Origin: Pseudomonas phage phiKZ | Sequence record: NC_004629.1 | Strand: one strand, 5' to 3' | DNA: 32,000 nucleotides | In this document: in pieces, positions 18,156 through 26,483 of the stretch | How positions within the stretch are numbered: the stretch's first letter is position 1 | How the letters are laid out: every line of letters begins with the position of its first letter | Notes under the pieces: generated by a model | The model's input: only the letters and a program-made list of their open reading frames with translations | Told to the model about the DNA's origin: nothing | Databases searched by the model: none | Translations under genes and position numbers: made by a program

Positions 18156-18461
18156 ATGTCTCTACTTAAAAAGATCGGTCTAGCTTTAATTGGATCAGAA
18201 GGACGTAAGGAAGTTTTTGAACAAGAATTAACTAAACTATCAAATTCTAATGCAGTTATTGATCAAATGGTGATTAATTTACTGGGTAGTAAGAAGAAGT
18301 TAGATGACTTCCTAATTAAAGCTGAAGAAATTGATAATAAGAAACTAGGCTTCATTAAAAATCGAGCCGAACTTATTAAACTAGTCAAATCTAAATATTC
18401 ACAAGACCCTCGGGTTGCCGATGTAGTAGTGTCACTTTACATTGGTGGTTTCATTTATTGA
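18156..18461 (+). CDS. Hypothetical protein (101 aa)
   Basis: Intact ORF in a collinear operon with tight spacing. Confidence 0.55.
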   Translation: MSLLKKIGLALIGSEGRKEVFEQELTKLSNSNAVIDQMVINLLGSKKKLDDFLIKAEEIDNKKLGFIKNRAELIKLVKSKYSQDPRVADVVVSLYIGGFIY

Positions 18462-18468
18462 GGTAAGT

Positions 18469-19161
18469 ATGTCTAAACCTAATCTTGAGTGGTTAGCTTC
18501 CTTAGAAAGTAAAGAAGCTAAGAGTACAGTAGATTCTTCCGATATGGATAATGATCAAAAGGAAGGTAGCGATAAGTCTCAACAAGATGAAGCTACTGAA
18601 CCTGAGAAGAAAATTACTGCAACTGATGTACAAATTGCAATTGAAGAATATGCGCGTATCCGTGCATTAACCACTACTAAAGATCTTCCAACTGACCCTG
18701 AACCAGGTGATACTTATCATGTAAATGGGGTAGATTGGATTTATCAAGAAGATGGTGGATGGGTAACTATGCAAGGTATTTATGGCCATGAACATTTTGA
18801 TGAAAATGGTCTAAATATTGAAGCAAGTGGTATTGATCAGAAATCAGGTGCAACTAAACGTTATGTGGTAACTGGTTATAATGCTCAGACTAACCCAGCT
18901 GCTATGCCTGGTGATAATCTGACTGAATGTGTTATCCTAATGCAGAATGGACTTGTTCCAGAAGTTGGTGTAAATGGCCTAACTGCTGACTGTCTACTTA
19001 AAATCGTTAAAGATTTATTTGAAGGTTATCAAGCAGGCCCATTTGCATGTGAAGAGAATCAGGTAGTGATTAATTCAATGGACCGTGCTCTTAGTGCAAT
19101 TCATCAACGCCTCGTAAGACGTAAAGAACAAGGTACTGAAGGTACCTATAGTGGTAATTGA
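18469..19161 (+). CDS. Protein with acidic N-terminus and a C-terminal helical-hairpin module resembling Tad1-type proteins (about 230 aa)
   Basis: ORF called from 18442; ATG TCT AAA at 18469 has SD GAGG. C-terminus 'CVILMQNGLVPEVGVNGLTADCLLKIVKDLFEGYQAGPFACEENQVVINSMDRALSAIHQRLVRRKEQGTEGTY' resembles a phage family with pattern 'FQxGPxKExGVNGxTxExLLxIVxDRLxxFQxGPFxCxENxxAxxxLxxALxxLxxRTxxRxxRGVEGT'. Confidence 0.45.
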   Translation: MSKPNLEWLASLESKEAKSTVDSSDMDNDQKEGSDKSQQDEATEPEKKITATDVQIAIEEYARIRALTTTKDLPTDPEPGDTYHVNGVDWIYQEDGGWVTMQGIYGHEHFDENGLNIEASGIDQKSGATKRYVVTGYNAQTNPAAMPGDNLTECVILMQNGLVPEVGVNGLTADCLLKIVKDLFEGYQAGPFACEENQVVINSMDRALSAIHQRLVRRKEQGTEGTYSGN

Positions 19162-19168
19162 CATAAAT

Positions 19169-19194
19169 GCCTCCCTTCGGGGAGGCTTTATTTC
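19169..19194 (+). terminator. Rho-independent terminator with UUCG tetraloop
   Basis: GCCTCCC-TTCG-GGGAGGC followed by TTTATTT. Confidence 0.85.
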
Positions 19195-19269
19195 GTATTA
19201 AAAAAAATTTGAGATTTATATTACTAGTGTGTAATTAGGAAACCATCTATCTAGTAAAGAGGAATCACA

Positions 19270-19824
19270 ATGAGCGTTGTAATTTTCACTGCCAGACCTA
19301 TTGGTTATAAAGTTCCTGGCGCTAATTCCACTGTAAATAAGTTTGCACTAAATACAGCTAATGCACCTAGTGTATATAGTTCTTCACCAGGATCACCAAT
19401 TACTGCTCAGGAGAGTAGTTGTATCTATACACTCACTTCAAATCATGAGTTAATCGCTGGGGACACCGATAAAGATAACTCCCTAATGAGTTTCAAACTA
19501 GTGCTTGCGTATAATAACGATACAGCTAATTATCTAATTAGTACGCAGGTTATTGATAGTATCGATAAACTAAAAGGAGTGGAAATTATTAGTGAACTCA
19601 GTTTCAGTGTAATTGATACTGGTGCACATATGATCCGTAGAGTGAATTCGATCGGTGTATGTGAGGCTGTCGCCGCTCGATGGTCTCCAGTTGCAATTGA
19701 ACACGTGGCTAAAGCAACCGAGCGTGAGCACCCTGGTACTCCCATCGGTGATGCTCGTGAGATGATCGACTCTGGTGAAGACCTGGGTGACGTATGTACT
19801 TCATATATCAAATCGAGTAACTAG
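19270..19824 (+). CDS. Hypothetical protein (184 aa)
   Basis: Intact ORF, SD GAGG upstream, first gene after the terminator at 19169. Confidence 0.6.
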   Translation: MSVVIFTARPIGYKVPGANSTVNKFALNTANAPSVYSSSPGSPITAQESSCIYTLTSNHELIAGDTDKDNSLMSFKLVLAYNNDTANYLISTQVIDSIDKLKGVEIISELSFSVIDTGAHMIRRVNSIGVCEAVAARWSPVAIEHVAKATEREHPGTPIGDAREMIDSGEDLGDVCTSYIKSSN

Positions 19825-19825
19825 C

Positions 19826-20068
19826 ATGGTAGATAAAGACAAAACAATGGTAGATTTGATTAAGTCAGCGCAAGAACTGACTTCACATCTTGGCCCACTG
19901 AATAAAGTATTAACTACCATTAATCTAATTGGTATGCCAGATGCTTTAAAAGAAGTAGTTAAACTCCCCGATGTAAAATGTGTTGTATATAAACGACCAT
20001 TAACTGATAATCTAATTAAGGTTGTCTTTAATGATGGTAGTTGCTTTGTGATAAAAGATGTAAATTAA
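19826..20068 (+). CDS. Hypothetical protein (80 aa)
   Basis: ORF called from 19775; ATG GTA GAT at 19826 avoids overlap with the upstream gene. Confidence 0.45.
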   Translation: MVDKDKTMVDLIKSAQELTSHLGPLNKVLTTINLIGMPDALKEVVKLPDVKCVVYKRPLTDNLIKVVFNDGSCFVIKDVN

Positions 20069-20098
20069 ACCACCACCGTAAATAGAGAGAGTACTAAA

Positions 20099-20503
20099 AT
20101 GTCCATCGAAACCACCAAGAAGTTTATCGAAACCCACAACCTAAATGAAAAAGTAAGCATGTCTGATGCCGGGGTATTTGAGATCCCTGACGGTCTATTT
20201 GAAGAAGTTGTTCTTCAACCAGCAGGCGTTACTGCCGAGCAGTATGCGCAGGTACATGAAGGTGCAGGTCAACTAGCAGCGGCTGTAAGTTATGTATTTG
20301 CTGAAAAAGCCGCACCGTACATGAAAGAAAATGAAAGCATTGCTGAGCTTGGTTATTCTTATAATGCAGGCGGTGCAACTGTTTCTGGTATCATTGATCG
20401 CAGTGGTGCTCTTGTAACAGTTGTAGATACCAAATATAAGAGTAGCGCTATGACTGACGTTGTTGAAAGTGTAGCCAGCTTCTTTGAAGATGTCAATAGC
20501 TAA
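20099..20503 (+). CDS. Hypothetical protein (134 aa)
   Basis: Intact ORF, followed by a terminator. Confidence 0.6.
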   Translation: MSIETTKKFIETHNLNEKVSMSDAGVFEIPDGLFEEVVLQPAGVTAEQYAQVHEGAGQLAAAVSYVFAEKAAPYMKENESIAELGYSYNAGGATVSGIIDRSGALVTVVDTKYKSSAMTDVVESVASFFEDVNS

Positions 20504-20530
20504 TATATACTAGCTATTTCAATATAATAA

Positions 20531-20564
20531 GATCAGTGGGTGCATTGCCCACTGGTCATTTTTT
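20531..20564 (+). terminator. Rho-independent terminator
   Basis: GATCAGTGGG-TGCATTG-CCCACTGGTC followed by ATTTTTT. Confidence 0.85.
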
Positions 20565-20623
20565 ATATTAAAAAAGTTTAATGGCTAAATAGTACATTTT
20601 AATAATTTAAGGAACTGAGTATT

Positions 20624-20953
20624 ATGGCGGATCAGAATTTATTTAAAGAAGTTCATGGTGATAATAAAAAATCACATTCTGACAATATCAAATATAATCT
20701 AGTTATTGCAATTGTACAAACTGCCCGTCAAAAAGCCATTTCTCAAAAAGTATTGATTGATGATGTTTTCACTAAACTAGGCATCTCTGATGAACTTAGT
20801 GAGAATATTAAAATGTTTAATTTACCAGCTTTAAGCATTGATGTATTAGTTGATGTTCTATATAGCTTAGGTTATAGAGCTTCATTAGAATTATCGCAAC
20901 AAGATTTAGAAGATAATGTTGAAGCAGTAATTAAACTTAAGATGAGGGATTAG
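20624..20953 (+). CDS. Hypothetical protein (109 aa)
   Basis: Intact ORF with AAGGA SD; ends 2 nt before the dTMP kinase start. Confidence 0.55.
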   Translation: MADQNLFKEVHGDNKKSHSDNIKYNLVIAIVQTARQKAISQKVLIDDVFTKLGISDELSENIKMFNLPALSIDVLVDVLYSLGYRASLELSQQDLEDNVEAVIKLKMRD

Positions 20954-20955
20954 TA

Positions 20956-22014
20956 ATGAATGGTTTATTTGTATGTATCGAAGGAACTGAAGGTGTTGGT
21001 AAAACAACTGTTACAAAGATGGTTGTTGAGGAACTACGTAAGCGCAATTACGATGTAGTAGCAATGCGTGAACCAGGTGGTACAGCTACATCGGAAAAGA
21101 TTCGACAAATGTTAATTTGGCCAGAATTTAAAGATGAAGTTCGTCCGCCAGAATTCGATGTATTGATGCATAGTGCAGGTAGGATGCTTAATGTAGAAAA
21201 CATTATTCGACCTGCTTTAAAAGATGATAAAATCGTTATCACTGAACGTTTCATTGCATCTACTTATGCTCTTAATGTAGTACCTTTTGAAGAAACTAAT
21301 CCATACCTATCAAAACTATTTATGGATATTCTTCAAGGAACACTACATTCTATTCCAGAACCGGCTACTTTCTTTTTAACTGCTCCTGAAGAAGTTCGTA
21401 AAAAACGAATTGAAATGCGCGACCGAGGTCTTGACTATTATGAGTCTAAGGGTTCCAGTTACTTTAATAAAGTAGATGAAGGTTATGGACGCTTAATTAA
21501 TCAACCTAGTTCAATTGTTGTAGATACCAATCGCGATCTAGACATCATTGTTAATGAGATTGTTGAATCAATTATTTTCCTGCGTGATAAACAGAAAAAT
21601 AAACAATCATCATTTGATGAACAACTAGCTAAAACTACAACTAGTGATCAGTTTGATGATAGTGTAAGTTCTGAAATACCATGGAATGATGAACAGCAAG
21701 AAGATACTGTCGCAACAACCGATGACACTATTAATTTTGATCTAGATGCTGAAATCAGTAAGTATCTTGATGAAAATATTATCCCTCAGTTATTCGAAGG
21801 TGATGATCGTTTCCTTGCATCTGGTAAGGTTGTGGCACAGAAGTACTGCCAACGAGTTTACGATCAGCTACCTGATAGTGAAAAGCACAAGATGTTCTTA
21901 GGTTCAAATAAAGAACGTCTAAATCAACAAATTCATAGTTTACTTTACTATGGACATCAATTAGATGCATTCATTGCAGAAAATGATCTAATTGGTAAAA
22001 CACTCTGGAAATAA
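20956..22014 (+). CDS. tmk: dTMP (thymidylate) kinase with about 135-aa C-terminal extension
   Basis: 'LFVCIEGTEGVGKTTVTKMVVEELRKR' (P-loop), 'REPGGTATSEKIRQML', 'ITERFIASTYA' and 'RGLDYYESKG..YFNKVDEGYGRL' are dTMP kinase motifs. Confidence 0.92.
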   Translation: MNGLFVCIEGTEGVGKTTVTKMVVEELRKRNYDVVAMREPGGTATSEKIRQMLIWPEFKDEVRPPEFDVLMHSAGRMLNVENIIRPALKDDKIVITERFIASTYALNVVPFEETNPYLSKLFMDILQGTLHSIPEPATFFLTAPEEVRKKRIEMRDRGLDYYESKGSSYFNKVDEGYGRLINQPSSIVVDTNRDLDIIVNEIVESIIFLRDKQKNKQSSFDEQLAKTTTSDQFDDSVSSEIPWNDEQQEDTVATTDDTINFDLDAEISKYLDENIIPQLFEGDDRFLASGKVVAQKYCQRVYDQLPDSEKHKMFLGSNKERLNQQIHSLLYYGHQLDAFIAENDLIGKTLWK

Positions 22015-22051
22015 AATTAATTTATTATTTCGTAATTGGTGAAGAAATTAA

Positions 22052-22303
22052 ATGAGCACTACCCTGACTCTGAAAGAATCTAAATACATCCCTGCAACTA
22101 ATCTAGATAACCTAGAAGATTATATTGGTCGTACTTTTCTAGTCGAACGAAATGGCGTGTCTACAGCGCATAAGCTAATTAAACTCTCTCGCCGAGATGT
22201 TTATCTTGGTTATCCGGATGGTAGGGAAGATTCATTTACATTGTCTATTAATAAATTCCGGAAGTTTTATAAACTAGCACCATCTAATCGCGATAAAAAA
22301 TAA
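22052..22303 (+). CDS. Hypothetical protein (83 aa)
   Basis: Intact small ORF between the tmk gene and a terminator. Confidence 0.5.
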   Translation: MSTTLTLKESKYIPATNLDNLEDYIGRTFLVERNGVSTAHKLIKLSRRDVYLGYPDGREDSFTLSINKFRKFYKLAPSNRDKK

Positions 22304-22317
22304 AATACGATATAATA

Positions 22318-22360
22318 GAGTCCCCATTACGGGGACTCTTCTTTATAATTTTTTTGTTAA
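22318..22360 (+). terminator. Rho-independent terminator
   Basis: GAGTCCCC-ATTAC-GGGGACTC followed by TTCTTTATAATTTTTTT. Confidence 0.85.
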
Positions 22361-22372
22361 AAGGTATATCAA

Positions 22373-22813
22373 GTGTTCAATAGAATTGTTAGAGCTTTTC
22401 ACATTATCGATAAAGACCAATCTAAACATGGTGAACTAGATCTACCACAATGGCCAGCCTATGTATCGGTTACTCCTAAAGTTATCGATATTAGGGATAA
22501 AGAATTTAATTATCATGGTTTTATTTCACATATCAATGCCCCTTTAAAAGTTATAAAACCAGATGAATATATTAAAGCCAGGTATACTTTATCTTCATAC
22601 TTTATCCATCAGAATGAAGGAGATGATGATCCAGTTGATGCACCAGGTTTTAGTATTGACATTGAATACAGGTTAGTTACTCAAAATACTAAGACATGGC
22701 ATTTAGATATCAACATCATCACTGATAAATCAATTAGTTACAATATCGAAAGTATTCTAAATGCGGAATTCATGTGTCAATGTCCATTTAATCTTTATAT
22801 AAACGGTAAATAG
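22373..22813 (+). CDS. Hypothetical protein (146 aa)
   Basis: Intact ORF in a collinear cluster. Confidence 0.5.
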   Translation: MFNRIVRAFHIIDKDQSKHGELDLPQWPAYVSVTPKVIDIRDKEFNYHGFISHINAPLKVIKPDEYIKARYTLSSYFIHQNEGDDDPVDAPGFSIDIEYRLVTQNTKTWHLDINIITDKSISYNIESILNAEFMCQCPFNLYINGK

Positions 22814-22840
22814 CTAATCATTTATAATAGAGGAAAGAGT

Positions 22841-23632
22841 ATGTTTAAATCCTTGAACTTTAACTACACCACTCAACCTTCTACTGAAGGTATCTGTTTG
22901 TATATCGGTCATGGCGATATTGGACTACTTGAGGGTAATAAATCTTCAACTGGCATTACTAAGAAATTAGAACAATGTCCTTATTACCTACATGTTACTG
23001 TTGGTGAATCAAATACAGCTAACCAATTGACCATTACTGGTTATACTAATAACCAACCTAACATCCGTAGTTGGCATGGTCAAGAAGCTATGGACATTCT
23101 GCTGAATAATATCAACAGCAATAACAATGTGGTGCAACGAGAACTTAACTTTGAAGTACTCATTGAATCAGTTGAACGTAAAGACCCGCGCGTTATTATA
23201 CTAATGGCGCTAGGTGCACTTCCATCTCAAGATTACCCTGGTCATTTTGATGATTTAGCATCCGATAAGCAACTATTCAAACGGGTAGGCTCTTTCATTG
23301 ATTATAATGAAAAAGAATATAGTGATACATACAATACCATTACACGCAAATTATTTAACCTGTGTGGCTGTGGTTATCCAGAAGCGGAGTTGCGTTATAT
23401 TGATGATGTATTGGATATATATCGCCAAGGTCGGAATACTTCTAAACGTAATGAATGTAATAAGAAATATGGGTTTGGTCCAACTACATTCATGCTACAT
23501 TATCTAGATAGTCTTGGATTTGCCGAGCATGGTACAGGCGCTGCTGGTTGGCTGCTCGATGAAGGTGCATGGGTTAATGTATTAGTAAAATTGGCAATTA
23601 AGGAAACCGAGGGTGGATGCACTGATGTTTAA
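22841..23632 (+). CDS. Hypothetical protein (263 aa)
   Basis: Intact ORF with SD GAGGAAAG upstream of the ATG. Confidence 0.6.
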   Translation: MFKSLNFNYTTQPSTEGICLYIGHGDIGLLEGNKSSTGITKKLEQCPYYLHVTVGESNTANQLTITGYTNNQPNIRSWHGQEAMDILLNNINSNNNVVQRELNFEVLIESVERKDPRVIILMALGALPSQDYPGHFDDLASDKQLFKRVGSFIDYNEKEYSDTYNTITRKLFNLCGCGYPEAELRYIDDVLDIYRQGRNTSKRNECNKKYGFGPTTFMLHYLDSLGFAEHGTGAAGWLLDEGAWVNVLVKLAIKETEGGCTDV

Positions 23633-24350
23633 ATTATCGATGCGTGTATTTTGTGCGGTATTTCTGATTAGTATCGGCATGTGTACTAAAGCTAGTGTTA
23701 ATTACGAACCACTTGCTTTTTATGGTGTACCACTATTCTACTCTAATCATACTCCGCGAATTGCTCCATGTAACTTCGACCAACAATCTGGACTTGGTAG
23801 TTGCGGATGGACTAGTTATCCAGAATATTCAGTTATTCCATTAGTTAAACCAAGTGATCCAACTAAACAGATTCTTGTTAATTATTCGATGTATCAAGAA
23901 GTCATCTGTAATGATGAACAATGCTTTACTTCTGATTATCATGAGCCGTATGGTTTACTTTCAGGATTTAAAGGCACCACATATTGGTCTGTGCCAACTG
24001 GTTATTATCTACTAAATGGACCCAATGGTGTACATGGTGTTAAGTTTGGTAACGGACCATTAAAAGATAATTATCCTATTCGTGATATTTACATGATAAA
24101 TAATGATAGAGATATTGATGGCGAATACCTCTCTCTAAAAAATACTAAGGGAATTTATAATGTGATGTGTAGTCCATTGACCCAGATGTGTAAATATTTG
24201 GGTAAAGAGTACACTCTATTGGAACTAAACCAATTGATTCCTTTTGTAAAGACTACCATTTGTGATGAATACCTTTGTTACATCGATAATAGTAAAGGCA
24301 AGGTTGCAGGCATAAATCCAAAACGAAAGGATATTTATGAGGGGTTATAA
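23625..24350 (+). CDS. Putative exported Cys-containing protein (about 240 aa)
   Basis: N-terminal hydrophobic signal-like segment 'MFKLSMRVFCAVFLISIGMCTKAS' followed by a soluble domain with several Cys. Start could be 23613, 23625 or 23640. Confidence 0.55.
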   Translation: MFKLSMRVFCAVFLISIGMCTKASVNYEPLAFYGVPLFYSNHTPRIAPCNFDQQSGLGSCGWTSYPEYSVIPLVKPSDPTKQILVNYSMYQEVICNDEQCFTSDYHEPYGLLSGFKGTTYWSVPTGYYLLNGPNGVHGVKFGNGPLKDNYPIRDIYMINNDRDIDGEYLSLKNTKGIYNVMCSPLTQMCKYLGKEYTLLELNQLIPFVKTTICDEYLCYIDNSKGKVAGINPKRKDIYEGL

Positions 24351-24712
24351 TGAATATTACCAATATAAAGCTCATCCAAACGATGGATGATGTATTGAAG
24401 GAACTCACGAAATATCATGATAACCTCAAGCCTCATGTAGATATTAAAATAGAGGTTTCACCGTGGGGCGCTAAGTGTACACTCTTGTCTGAGGATACGG
24501 TTCGTAAGGTAGTTGTTGAAATCAATATAGATAAACCACTAAATATGTGCGTAACCTATTTCTTTGATGAGAAAGTGGTTACTAAGATTAACAAAGATAA
24601 TTCACATCACCATACTGAATTAGCTAAACAAATAAATACGTTCTTTTCGGATACAAGTATCCCAACACGAACATTCGATTACCATGGGTTCCTAGATTAT
24701 CTTGGATTCTAA
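24350..24712 (+). CDS. Hypothetical protein (120 aa)
   Basis: Intact ORF, AGGGG SD, stop/start overlap with the previous gene. Confidence 0.55.
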   Translation: MNITNIKLIQTMDDVLKELTKYHDNLKPHVDIKIEVSPWGAKCTLLSEDTVRKVVVEINIDKPLNMCVTYFFDEKVVTKINKDNSHHHTELAKQINTFFSDTSIPTRTFDYHGFLDYLGF

Positions 24713-24724
24713 AAGGAGATTACA

Positions 24725-25081
24725 ATGGGTTCTCTAACTCTTGAAACAGGGCGACAGATTGAGCATTATTTGCTGAATGCTATTAGTACCCATATTAATG
24801 CATCCCAGATTGACGCTACATTACGTGAAACAGTTAATGTCATCGATAACCCTGTAACAAAACGATCTATCGCATATGTGGTTGAAAGGGGCAAGGATAT
24901 CCGCATTGCAGTTTATGATACTAGTAATGATCATCATGCCATGATATCTTATATTGAGTCTGGTGATAGTGAATTTAAAGTTCTTAATATGGCACAGGCT
25001 GTTCGGATAACCAAATTCTCATTGAATCAATTTGATGAAGCAGCAACATGTGCAGTAAACTGGCTTGCCGGGAATCCATAA
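24725..25081 (+). CDS. Hypothetical protein (118 aa)
   Basis: Intact ORF, AAGGAG SD. Confidence 0.55.
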   Translation: MGSLTLETGRQIEHYLLNAISTHINASQIDATLRETVNVIDNPVTKRSIAYVVERGKDIRIAVYDTSNDHHAMISYIESGDSEFKVLNMAQAVRITKFSLNQFDEAATCAVNWLAGNP

Positions 25082-25230
25082 TACGTCATTAATTAAAGTG
25101 TCACTACAGCTTAATACTCAATCTCAGTCTAAACACTGATCTGATTAGATTGAAGACTACTGAGTCAACCCACTATTACCTAATTCTAATTCGATATAGG
25201 TAAATTATAAATACTAAATCAGGTAATGTC

Positions 25231-25605
25231 ATGGATTCATTAAAAATACAAAACATTCTCTTATGCAATAAAGCATTCAAGGCGATTGTCGAACATCCAC
25301 TTCAGATTAAATCTGATAGGTCTACTAGTATTCAAGTATTAAATAATGAATTGAATTATGGGTTGACTTATATCTTTCATGATGCTGATTCCACTAGAAC
25401 TGTGAAATTAACAGTACGTTACGGTAATGTAGTAATCTCATTAGTGGATAGTAATAATAGATTAGAAAAAGAATTTACCTTTGATAATGAAACTAGTTAT
25501 CAATTAATGGGTAAAATAGTTTATTGTTATTTACGTAAAAATAAAGATGATTATTATCGTGGATTAAGTGATAGTGGATATTTACAATGGCTAGGGATTA
25601 CTTAA
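25231..25605 (+). CDS. Hypothetical protein (124 aa)
   Basis: Intact ORF after a ~150-nt intergenic region. Confidence 0.5.
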   Translation: MDSLKIQNILLCNKAFKAIVEHPLQIKSDRSTSIQVLNNELNYGLTYIFHDADSTRTVKLTVRYGNVVISLVDSNNRLEKEFTFDNETSYQLMGKIVYCYLRKNKDDYYRGLSDSGYLQWLGIT

Positions 25606-25606
25606 T

Positions 25607-25969
25607 ATGCTATTTAATAAAGTTATCCGATATTTTAAAAGAAGGCGGTGTAATACGTCTGAATTAATTGAGATTAATGAACTTATATTAAAAGCAGCTA
25701 GGCGACAGAATTATGATCTAGGCCATTTAATTAGTTATCTTGGTGATGGCAATGATCCAAAATTTATTGATTTTATAAAGAAAGAATATTCTGAGATACA
25801 CGCTTATTACAATTCCGTATTCAACCCAGCTGACTTCGGTAAAAACTATAAGACAAAGTTACATTCTGATCTATTAGAAGCTGAAACTAAATTAAATAAG
25901 TTTAAAGAATTATGTAAAAAACATAATATCGACTATTCACACATTGTTGAAGATGAAATACCTTTCTAG
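25607..25969 (+). CDS. Hypothetical protein (120 aa)
   Basis: Intact ORF directly following the previous stop. Confidence 0.5.
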   Translation: MLFNKVIRYFKRRRCNTSELIEINELILKAARRQNYDLGHLISYLGDGNDPKFIDFIKKEYSEIHAYYNSVFNPADFGKNYKTKLHSDLLEAETKLNKFKELCKKHNIDYSHIVEDEIPF

Positions 25970-25980
25970 GCGGAAATAAA

Positions 25981-26343
25981 ATGGAATTAATCAGTGTCAG
26001 CTCAATGGCATTATTCTTTGGTTTAATTGTAGCACACTTCATCTTTGATTTTTCATTGCAAAATGATTTTATTGCAAAGGCTAAAGATCATACCACTGAA
26101 CTAGGTTCTCTATATTGGAAATGGGTATTACCCGCGCATAGTTTTATGCATGGCGGTGCAGTTTATTTCATCACTGGTTCATTAGTTTTAGGACTTATTG
26201 AAACAATTGCTCATTGCATTATTGATTATTTAAAATGTGATAATAAAATTACATTTAATCAAGATCAGTGGTTACACATTGGTTTTAAACTGATGTATAC
26301 TTATCTAATTGTTTATGAAGTACCTTTTGTAATGTACGGCTAA
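25981..26343 (+). CDS. DUF3307-like small membrane protein
   Basis: 'IVAHFIFDFSLQNDFIAKAK...WVLPAHSFMHG...IETIAHCIIDYLKC...NQDQWLHIGFKLMYTYLIVYE' matches the DUF3307 layout (H..xDF.LQ...A..K, H...H, H..iDY.K, .DQ..H); hydrophobic helices. Confidence 0.7.
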   Translation: MELISVSSMALFFGLIVAHFIFDFSLQNDFIAKAKDHTTELGSLYWKWVLPAHSFMHGGAVYFITGSLVLGLIETIAHCIIDYLKCDNKITFNQDQWLHIGFKLMYTYLIVYEVPFVMYG

Positions 26344-26354
26344 AGTTATATATT

Positions 26355-26398
26355 ACCCTCTCCTTCGGGAGAGGGTTTATGTTTAATATTTTTTTTGT
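26355..26398 (+). terminator. Rho-independent terminator with UUCG tetraloop
   Basis: ACCCTCTCC-TTCG-GGAGAGGGT then TTATGTTTAATATTTTTTTT. Confidence 0.85.
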
Positions 26399-26483
26399 TA
26401 AGTTTTATTACCCAATCTGATAGGGCTATAATGGAGTTTAGTCTTGTGGAAGTTTATAAAACCCTATTGGGAAGAGAACTACA

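Noticed and set aside
26349-26356. Second TATATTAC copy as a promoter
   Set aside because: It overlaps the first bases of the terminator stem at 26355, and chance occurrence is expected in AT-rich DNA; not claimed as a feature.
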